Part shown: positions 53,457 to 64,000 of the stretch, piece by piece
How positions within the stretch are numbered: the stretch's first letter is position 1
How the letters are laid out: each line of letters opens with the position of its first letter
NCBI GenBank assembly: GCA_964016885.1
Contig: OZ024754.1
Span: 27,776,001 to 27,840,000 of the forward strand
Direction: 5' to 3'
Source: Eledone cirrhosa
Taxonomy: Eukaryota
Length of the DNA: 64,000 nucleotides
Made by a program: the position numbers and the translations under genes
Notes under the pieces: generated by a model
The model's input: the letters and a program-made list of their open reading frames with translations, nothing else
Databases searched by the model: none
What the model was told of the DNA's origin: nothing

Positions 53457-53894
53457 ACGGCAACACTCATCTTTTTCCAATTCTCCGAGGGTTATAAACC
53501 CCACTATCAGGCTAGAAATTTCTTTAGTCTAAAATACAGTGAAAGCTTATAATTTCTAATTTCTAATTTCAAACTCGCGCACCGTTTCAAAAACATACTT
53601 ACATGTTTACGTTTATAATTTGCTTGTTTATCATTCACTTTCTAAGTTCATAGCTTCTAATTCGAATGGAAGGAGCTTGGATGTGTATTGGTGTAATGGT
53701 AGCACAGTGGTCTGGATAACCAAAGATGTGGGTTCGACTCCAATGTACGGCAACACTCATCTTTTTCCATTTCTCCATCAGGCTAAAAATTTCTTTAGTC
53801 TAAAATACGGTGAAAGCTTATAATTTCTAATTTCTAATTTCAAACTCGCGCACCGTTTCAAAAACATACTTACATGTTTACGTTTATAATTTGC
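53454..53894 (+). mobile_element. Partial tandem repeat enclosing a tRNA-like sequence
   Basis: Direct repeats 53454-53623 and 53744-53894. Between them: A box tggtgtaatgg, D stem gtgt/gcac, stem tggt/acca with a 7-nt loop, B box ggttcgactcc. Confidence 0.7.
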
Positions 53895-54072
53895 AGTATA
53901 ATAAGCAGTTCTTATATATATATATATAAGAACTGCTTAGGAAATTTTTTAATCCGGCCACACGACTAAGGAAACTTCTTGTTGAGTCAAAGAACGCCGA
54001 ACGTTAAAACTATCCTCGATACAGAGTACTCATAACCTTTCGTTGGATTCCCTGAAACGATATCTTGTTATC

Positions 54073-54095
54073 TTTTGAGAGGCCCACGTAAGCGT

Positions 54096-54189
<94 letters not shown>

Positions 54190-54212
54190 ACGCTTACGTG
54201 GGCCTCTCAAAA
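54073..54212. repeat. Inverted repeat centred on (TA)n
   Basis: ttttgagaggcccacgtaagcgttga-(TA)n-tcaacgcttacgtgggcctctcaaaa. A smaller case occurs at 53902-53939. Confidence 0.95.
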
Positions 54213-54660
54213 TTCGTTGGAATTTCTAATTGGATTTTCACCCCGAAATTGGATACGAACCCGGAGTACACCTGAAATTCCACCGGGAAATCTTTCGTAT
54301 CATTGAAATTTTCTTTGATTCTTATATATATATATATATATTAAGAAAAACAATGAAGTTTCGTTTACATGTAATTAGGTTTGTATCGTGTATCGACCAG
54401 TTAAATCACTACTAGTTCGAAGAGCAGATCGATACTGGAGTCGACATCTGTGTATCATAATAGGATCGATCAGGAACCAAGAGAAAGGGGGAAAAGCATT
54501 ATCAAACATACCAGCAACATTATTCAGGGAACCTCACCCTTACACGATCTGTGGATTTGCCTGCAGGTCTAAAATGCCGTTTCGGATATAAATATTCAAA
54601 CTGAATTAACTAAATAGGTTTTTCGGATCCTCATACGTTAAAATCAACGAGAGAGTCAAT

Positions 54661-54704
<44 letters not shown>

Positions 54705-54748
54705 TCAATAATATTAATAAATGGAAGCTACCTTTATAAAACCATATT

Positions 54749-54809
54749 TATTTTGTTATATAAATTTCAAGGGTACCAAAATTTTGGTACTCTCTCATCA
54801 GATAAAATA
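54749..54809 (-). ncRNA. Minimal type I hammerhead motif at the end of a decayed Penelope-like fragment (to ~55240)
   Basis: tattttat-CTGATGA-gagagtaccaaaattttggtaccctt-GAAA-tttata-TA-acaaaata. Flank is homologous to 38715-38815. Confidence 0.7.
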
Positions 54810-55239
54810 CAAAAGTTGGTTTACAGATAGTGACATATTCAAACTAGATTTCAGTTATAAGTATATTTTATTAATTACAACAGGTTAGTTATATATGTAT
54901 ATATAAATAGTTTTGGTGAGTATATATGTTATTTATTTTATAGATAAATAATTAATATATTTTTATATAAGAAGAGTTACGATATGTTGGGTGAAGATAT
55001 GTTTACGTTTTCAATATATGGCTTAAGAAAATGGAAGTAGTTCTATTTTAGTATAGAAGATGTATACTATTTTGTATATTCAATAATTGTATCAAGATAG
55101 GAATAAATTTACGAAATTTTGATATTTATGTAAAGTTTAACTGTTCCTTAGATATTAGGTGTAAACAAGATTTTTTTCAAAGGAAAGGATAACTCTAATA
55201 TTTCTTAGTTTAAAGATTTAATTTATATTTATCGACATA

Positions 55240-55582
55240 TACTAGCCGAATTACCCACGCCTTGCTGCGTTTCACACATTTTTGGGGTAAGAAAAAGATG
55301 ATTGAATCAGTGATATAATTTAATTAGGGTGTCTTAATATTATTGAAATTTGTTGAAATGTTGTGAATAGGCATCATATCTTGTCATTTACCTAAGGTTT
55401 AAATTTCATATAAATCGAAGGGAAAAGATTTTCAGCGGGGTTTGTGCCCCGGGGAACCGTTTGAATTAAAATGAAATATACGTATCCAAGTACCCTGTTT
55501 CAGAATATATATCGTTATGGGGCTTATCTCCAAAATCATAGGAGGAGTTCGTGAACAAACAAACAAACAGACAGGAACTACA

Positions 55583-55590
<8 letters not shown>
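55240..55590 (+). mobile_element. Non-autonomous Helitron/Helentron-like element
   Basis: Starts tactagccgaattacccacgccttgctgcg and ends with ggaggagtt-(acaa)n-acag then (TA)n, an architecture typical of Lep1/DINE-1-like elements. Confidence 0.5.
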
Positions 55591-55631
<41 letters not shown>

Positions 55632-56424
55632 GTGTGTATATATGTATATATACATTGGGACGGTCATGTTGCCAATAAAAACACACTCACCTGTTGCTTT
55701 TCACTTCAATTTATTATATATTTCCAATTAATTGGTTGGTTGGTTCGATAACCGGAAGGTTGTTTATATATTGTCAAAGCTCTTTCGTAACACATTCTGT
55801 GGCCTCCTCAGTGACTAGATCTTTATTTCGTGTGTCTCTGCTTTGTTCTGTCCTACACCATCTTGTTTTTGTGTGCTGTGTGTTGTTTCTTGTGTGCTTA
55901 GTTTGCGCATGCTTTACATCGGGGGTGGGGGCGTTTATTTATTTTTGTTTTCATTTAAACAAATATCAACTTATTATTATATATATATATATATATATCC
56001 AGAGAGAGATACATACATTTATATAGGAGTGGGGGTCTATGTGTGTGCGCAGGCGTGTTTAAGTAAAAGTGGAGTGAAGCAATGCTTTCATAGCGTGAAT
56101 GATAAACTGTATTTCCACATGTCAGTGTGACAATCGAAGTTAACGCTTAACTGGAGATTTGGCAGCAGGAAGTGATTGAGAGATACATATCTCTTCGTAT
56201 GGCACGCTAGATTATTGAAGATTAGAATAATTTCAAATATTTTTCTAATATTTTTCTAATATTTACAGAACAATTCCTTGCATGGCGTGTACAATTTCGG
56301 TGGTTGTAATCACGGGCAGCATTGTTTAATAGAGTCATCTCAATCTTCGTTCATCCACCAACAATAAGCCGTGATGATATATATAGATGTGTGTGTGTGT
56401 GTGTGAGTGTTGGGTGGGGGAGGG

Positions 56425-56530
<106 letters not shown>

Positions 56531-56540
56531 GTGTGTGTAT

Positions 56541-56639
56541 ATATTTATTAAAATAACAGATTAAAGTTTAAGCAAAGAATCGCTGCTTTCACCCTTAACG
56601 AGATCTTCTGAAACTTTAATCTGTTATTTTAATAAATAT
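56541..56639. repeat. 29 bp perfect inverted repeat, 41 bp spacer, next to (TG)n
   Basis: atatttattaaaataacagattaaagttt ... aaactttaatctgttattttaataaatat. Confidence 0.9.
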
Positions 56640-56892
56640 TTGCTCTACGGTTCTTATATATTTGATATATATTTATCCTTATCGAGCCCTCTTTGGATTT
56701 TAGACTTCAAGTTTATTATTATTACTATATATATATATATATATATATAGATGAGATTCTACAGGACTAGAACTGTTTCATTCATTAGAAATCATCAGGA
56801 ATCACTGATGATTTCTAATGAATGGGATTCTTATACTCTTAGGCAAGAAAGAAGTAAATTGCTTAGGCAAGAAAGAAGTAAATTGCATCAGG

Positions 56893-56941
56893 GATTCCTG
56901 ATGATTTCTAATGAATGAAACAGTTCTAGTCCTGTAGAATC
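56893..56941 (+). ncRNA. Type I hammerhead ribozyme (mirror copy at 56755-56803, minus strand)
   Basis: gattc-CTGATGA-t-ttc-taat-gaa-t-GAAA-cag-ttctagtc-ctg-TA-gaatc, within 59 bp inverted arms 56745-56803 / 56893-56951. Confidence 0.82.
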
Positions 56942-57024
56942 TCATCTATATTAAAACTTTTATACTCTGCTATGTATTGAGTACCTTACTTACTGTGGTT
57001 ACCTCCGATTCAACCCGGAATAAC

Positions 57025-57063
<39 letters not shown>

Positions 57064-57200
57064 ATATATAGAATATATATAGAACCTTTATCTTACTGGT
57101 AATAAGGTAATAATAAATTACTGACCTTCACTGTTTAGGGTTTAAAATATATATAACTATAAAATGTTTTAGTTTATACATAACCATAAATAGTATCCTT

Positions 57201-57265
<65 letters not shown>

Positions 57266-57569
57266 TATGTGGGGAAAAGTAAACAAGTTTACTGCAATTT
57301 TGCTGAGTAATTGCTGCATTAGATATTCTAGTAATTTGTGATATTCTCCTCTGTGAGATTTCACATCCCTTCAATGAACTTCTCAATCTTGAGCCTCGAC
57401 TCTTATCTAAGAATATTTTGCTTTCATTAGTACCTTCCAAAATGACTAGTATATTTACTGATGTAGTAATGATAAATGTATTGGATGTATCCGTAGCTCC
57501 TGGAGCACTTTAAACCTGGCATCTGAACACAGCCAATTTCTACGGGATAAGGGGATGTAGATGTAGAGT

Positions 57570-57740
57570 AAGAATGAATCCACCCCAGTACTGCACCGTT
57601 TATTTTTTTAGCGATCTCGAAAGGATAAAAGGCAAAGTTGAGTTCGGTGGGATTTGAATTCAGACTAAATAGAGACCCGGAACGAACACCACAAAAGCAA
57701 ACCATCCGAAATTCTAACTAGTTTAGCATTTCACTGCCTA
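57570..57740 (-). mobile_element. SINE (second family), minus copy
   Basis: Reverse complement resembles 58177-58257 (gagttcaaatcccgccgaggttgactttgcctttcatcc). Confidence 0.7.
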
Positions 57741-58114
57741 CGCCATCTTTACGTTCAAAATAAATATCCTGTTATAGAGGCATAAGCTCCATAATAGCAA
57801 TTTACTTCTTTCTTGCCTAAGAGTATAAGACATTTTCAAGTACCTCGCAAACAAAACCCCCACCATATCTACTGCTCCAGTAAAGTCGAGAGGAAGGGGT
57901 AAGGAAGGGCAGATCTGGCTGCATCTGAAAGTAGAGGAAATGACTAAGAAAGCCATAAATGAGAGGAAAAATGGGGGAAAAGAAAGGTCTCTAGTGCCAC
58001 AGAAGACAGGGAGGATGATAGGTTCTGGGCCAAGCACGGTGGTGTTGGGGCTGCGCTTGGAATCACTCGTACTATATTTCAAAATAATGTTCCATTATTT
58101 ACATTTTCTGTGGA

Positions 58115-58296
58115 TTGGCAGTATCGGTAGAGGGTCAAACACCATGTTTTCCAGCATAGTTACGTCCCTTAACGATCTGAGTTCAAATCCCGCCGAGGTT
58201 GACTTTGCCTTTCATCCTTACGTGGTCGATAAAATAAAGTACCAGTAATGTACTGGGTAATTGCTGGTCTTGTGCCAAAAAGTAGAAACAATTATT
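58115..58296 (+). mobile_element. SINE (second family), plus copy
   Basis: B-box-like gagttcaaatcc, then gactttgcctttcatcc..gtcgataaaataaagtaccagt. Confidence 0.7.
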
Positions 58297-58565
58297 TACA
58301 TTTTCTGTGGCTGCTTAAATTTACTTCATTTTTGAAGTAGCTGATTAAATACTTGATAGAGTCATGGCTGACTCTAATTTACTTCCAGTCCAGTTATTTT
58401 GGTGTTCAGAAAAATTCCTATATTTAAAATGTTGCGAATTTTGGTAATTAATTTAATTGCGCATGAAATATTTTTGATTGCTTGTTGTTATTTTTGTTGT
58501 TGTGATTGTTTTTGTTGGTGGTGGTGTTGTTGTTGCTGTTGTTGTTGTTGGTGTTGTTGTTGCCG

Positions 58566-58598
<33 letters not shown>

Positions 58599-59231
58599 TT
58601 CTCTGGTTTAATCAAAGCCTTTGATATTGCTTTGATTTATTTCGTTTTGATTAGAGTTAATGGCTACATTTAATTACATCTATTTCACTTGTGTTTCTTC
58701 TGTAGTGAAATAGAAAATCTAATGAATAAACCGTATTATCAAATGCTTTTTCTAGAGGTCCTCTTATGTTGAAAATATTGAAAAACTTTATTAGTAATGT
58801 TTCACCAATAGTTCAGTGTGGAATATTTAGCAATAAAATATACTGACTTAGAGTAAATAAATAAATAAATAAATTGTGTACTGAATTAAAGTTAATACTA
58901 TATTTACAATTGTAGGAGTATGAAACTGCATATCATATATACGTATACCACGGATATGGGCGGCATTTCTTCCGATAAAGGACTAACGTCTGAAACATTA
59001 ATACTCATGTTCTATTCTGTTATGGATCTGCTCTTCAGATTGGTGATTCAACAAATGATACAGTGTTTTTTTTATTTTGTTGGATCACCAGTCTAGAGAG
59101 CAAATCGATAATAGTGTCGCGTCCATAACTTCTATGCTTGACCATGACTCAATCCTCTGCAAAACGCGCGTAACAGGTCGATACACAATAAAAACCTAAA
59201 TACGTGTAAACGAAACTTCATCGCTTTTCTT

Positions 59232-59266
<35 letters not shown>

Positions 59267-59267
59267 T

Positions 59268-59392
<125 letters not shown>

Positions 59393-60519
59393 CCAGGTGG
59401 TGCTATTAAGTTAGACTTGGCCTGGGCCAGTACTGGCTGAAACCTATTAATGTTATCAGTGTTAGATATATATATCATCCTCCACCTCATCATCATCATC
59501 ATCATCATCATCATTTGTGTACAATTATGTTTTAATGAATGTTTTTATATTTCTTATATCTTATGTTTTAACTAATAACATGAAATCTAAGTTGTGTTTC
59601 AATGCTGAATATTCCTGTTATATCAGCCGTACACAATCTTTCTGGAATCAAGCCTCATGAAGATGTATTTTATTTAGCCACCCTGCGGATAGTAGTTAAG
59701 GTTAACCTTGGTGAAATTTGAAGTTGTGCCGCAACGGTTCTCAACAAATACCACGGCTATTTTATCCGATCCTCTTACGTCTTTACAGTACATTAGAATA
59801 TACTTATGTAAGGTTCCAGAAAGTAGATCGAACCCTGAATATTTCTAAAGAGAAACTGTGCGAAATTGTTACCACCAACAACTCCAACTATTGATTTGGT
59901 CAGGCACTCCATCACCCACGCTGAGTCTCAGCAGAATCCCTCATAGGATGGTGTAATTGGTGAGGTAAACATTTGAAAACATGAATTTGTCATGATCAAG
60001 TTGGATACGAAGCTAATGTCTCGGCCTCGCATCTATGGCGTCCTCCGTTTGAATCGTTTTAAGCTAAATATATCTGCTTTGGACACCGTTGATAGCCGTA
60101 CATGACCGGGTTCTTTTAGCAATGCTGTGGATGAATTGGTTGAGTCGGCTCAACCCATCCTGTGTGAACGTACAAGTACAAGCACATAACAAATAAAGGG
60201 AAATTCTTCATCTCTGGGCTATTTAACTTAATGAACATTAGATACAATGCATAGTTTCATTTAGTGAGACATGTATTTTGAATCTCTAACACTTCGTTCA
60301 TTTATATCGTAATGAAAATAATTTGATTCTTCTCCTACACATTACTGTAGCACAGTTTATATCTATCTTTGTCACATGCTCACACAATTGTTAATTCGAT
60401 ATCTGCCAACCTCATATAATCTCTTTCCAGAAAGTCATTAATTATATTGATTCTAAATTCTGAATGTCATTTTATACAATCGGACTCAATGAACTTATAC
60501 GTACTTCGTCAAATGTTGT

Positions 60520-61075
<556 letters not shown>

Positions 61076-62293
61076 CATACGTGCTCAAGGTGTCTCGCAG
61101 TGGGACTAAACTCGAAACCCCGTGATGCGAAGCGAATTCCTTAATCACAAAACCCTTCCTATACCTAGTTCATATAACTGTTGATTTGTTTTCCATGTTC
61201 AACCGATATATAATATCTCTCCACAATCTGATTGTATTAATTCTAGATAATGATTATTTCATACAACAATACTCAATGAACTGTGTTTTCCTACTTCTTT
61301 TTCTTCTTCTTCAAATAGAGCAAGAGTATTGATTATCAAACTGCTGTTTCAGTATCTAGTATCATGTTTACCTGTTCAAATTGTTCAATCCTTTAATTGT
61401 ATCAACTGGTAATTCCAGTTTTGTTTTTGGTTTTGTTTTATCCACTTTATTTGAATTGCATCACTTTAGATCTAACTTAATGCACTAATGTTTTAAATTC
61501 TCCCTAATTCTCTGGCGATTTTTTTCTTTGATCAAACAATATACCCAACCCATTATAAAATATATTCGATCTAAACTACTTGACACTCAGGACGACTTCA
61601 TAGAAACAATATATATCGCTATCGAATACTCGGCCGTAGTCTCGTTTATTCAACAAAACTACCCCTATCCATATATGGATTAAAGCTGCTTCTTTATTTT
61701 GTTTTAAGGATATTCATATATTAATGATTAATATCTTTCGTCGTATATCTATTGTTTGAGCATGGTAGATTGATAGTCGTTTCTACGATAAGTGACGCAC
61801 TTGTTAGGAAAAGCTTGCTCGTGAAATTTCTGTGCAAGTCGCGGAGCATTCCATAGCCATAGATACGCTTAAATTGGTTTTCAAAAAGATTCAGTGAGAC
61901 ACAGTGTGTGCAAATGCTGACCCTTTGACTTACAGATACAACACATTTTCTTCGGTTGAGTGGATGCATCAATATGAAATAAAGAACTATCTTAACAAAC
62001 ACAAAGTGGTATTGGAAATCGAACTTCCGAACTTATGATTGTGAATCAAGCGCTCTAACCACTAAGCTACGTGCTTTTCAGTATACGAATGGTTTGTAAT
62101 TAAAATGTTCATAAAATCACGTGGTGACGTGAAAGATAAATGAATATTAGGGCAATCTGTTGTACTCACATGTTCGTGAACGAAATTGAGTGGTAATAAA
62201 GCGATATGTATATATATATATACCCCACTCTCACTAAGCGTGAACCTAACACCATTTGTAACTTGTACTCCTGCGTTGTTGTTATTTTTTATA

Positions 62294-62340
<47 letters not shown>

Positions 62341-62492
62341 AGTGGGTGTAAATAGGAGTTACTGCAGGTTCACCCGGGTGAGCACTCGATGTTTAGGTTC
62401 ACTTCTGTGATGATGTGTAGAGCTATACAGAGTGTAAAATATAGAAAGGATAAAAAGGACGATTGATTATTCCTTCATTGCATTTATTGATA

Positions 62493-62577
62493 GGTGACGC
62501 ACGTTTCGCCACTGATCAGCTCAAGGTTCGATCTATATCGATCCTACCCGACTCAATAATCGGCAGCTCGACGGACC
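62493..62577 (-). ncRNA. Degenerate hammerhead motif with long stem II
   Basis: ggt-CCGTCGA-gctgccgatt...gatcagtggc-GAAA-cgtgcg-TC-acc; core box mutated. Confidence 0.5.
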
Positions 62578-64000
62578 CTCTTAAAATGCTATAAGAAAAT
62601 GAAATACATGCTATGTGGTAAAGTCAGAGTTTCAAGAGTTAGACAAAATGAGTTGTTTTGATTGGTGAGAAGGATCAAGGCGATGTACTGGCCTGTAGTG
62701 TATATGGGGGTGGGTGTGATGGTGAGATGATGGTGATGGTCTGTGGATGAGGTGGGCTGTGGTGTGGTGGTGGTGGGTTGGCTTTGGCGTGTAGAGTATG
62801 TGGGGTGGATGTGATGATATGGTGGTGGTTAAGGTTATTTAGTGGGATGGGCTGTGGTATGAGGTTAGTAGATTGTCAGTAGACGGGTTGGCGTGTGGGT
62901 GGGGGTGTGGTAGTGGTGCCTTTGTCTATGGTAGCGGCGTTTGTGGTGGTGTGGCAGATGTATTGGTGGTGTCATGTCCTTACATAGATACATAGTTAGA
63001 CGCTCTTCGTCTGACAGATACCTTGTATATACGTATACGTACACACATATATGTATATATGTGCACATATATTGTTGTATAAACACACACAACATAAAAC
63101 ACATACGCACATCCTTGCCCACACATATCGGCATACGCTCACACACAGCCATATGTATATGTACACACATGTATGTGCATGCGCGCATGCGGGCACGAAT
63201 ATGGAGAGTGGGGAAGTATCGGTGGGGGTGGCGAACAACAGAGATGGGGGGAAGGTGAGAGGCGACGTAGAGCGTGTTTTACATATATACATACACATAC
63301 ATACACATGAGTGTATATATATATATATACATACACACACATGTACCGACAACACACACATACACGCACATATACACATACATGCACATATATGAGCTCA
63401 CCTACACATACAGTCAGATTTACCCATATACATATATGCAGACGTACACATACACACACATACATACACATACATATATACACACACATACATACACATA
63501 CATATATACACACACATACACATACGCATACACACACACATACATATATATACAGATATATATATATACATATATATATATATACACACACATAGACATA
63601 TGCATACACATGTGTTCACATACACACACACACATAGAGATAAATTTGCGTACACGCACGCACACTTAAAACGCCCGTATGAGTAAAATACTTACACACA
63701 GACACACACACTATTGTTGGTTGGGGAGTGGAGGTATGTTTTGTCGGTGTTGATGAAGTATGGAGTTGTGTTTTGTGGTGGTGGTGGTGGTGGAGTTGTG
63801 AGGGACAAAAATATATATGCCGGATCGAATACCGGTTAAAAGGTGACATAGGGAACGCGGGGGAAAAGCGTTTATGGACGTACGGCGATGTGTGTTGTGG
63901 ACATGGTGAGGGTGGTGGTACTGGGGTGATATGTGCGGCAAGATGATTACATGATCAGAGGTTACGGTGTGTTATATGGTAGGCAGACGATTTTGGGAGC

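Noticed and set aside
53682-53753. Functional tRNA gene
   Set aside because: Acceptor and T stems are imperfect and it is embedded in a repeat; treated as tRNA-derived.
55730-55800. ETS-like accggaag motif as a plus-strand promoter
   Set aside because: A single short motif without other support.
62640-64000. Possible further Penelope-like coding remnant and hammerhead (63000-63020, 63790-63900)
   Set aside because: Similarity too weak and interrupted by simple repeats to call.

Overview
Eukaryotic, AT-rich, microsatellite-laden DNA with no supportable host protein-coding exon. The repeat content resembles an octopus/cephalopod genome (inference from SINE and repeat style, not verified). The first half (2196-36150) is a ~34 kb uninterrupted array of non-LTR retrotransposons, mostly joined by (TAA)n/(TTA)n tracts. 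It holds nine minus-strand R4/Dong-clade RT+restriction-like-endonuclease copies (eight of family A, two with intact 1130-aa ORFs, and one of a distinct family B). It also holds two plus-strand Tx1-clade APE-RT elements (one with intact ORF1 and ORF2) that start in the same microsatellite in the opposite orientation. The Dong-like 5' UTR has a candidate spliceosomal intron and shares short motifs and layout with the Tx1 5' ends. The two Tx1 copies have near-identical ORF2 but divergent ORF1/5' UTR. The second half (36.2-64 kb) contains (TA)n/(CA)n tracts, SINEs, RTE, CRE and Penelope-like fragments, and many type I hammerhead ribozyme motifs, several inside perfect inverted duplications next to (TA)n. 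A candidate host promoter/first exon lies on the minus strand at ~45.4 kb.
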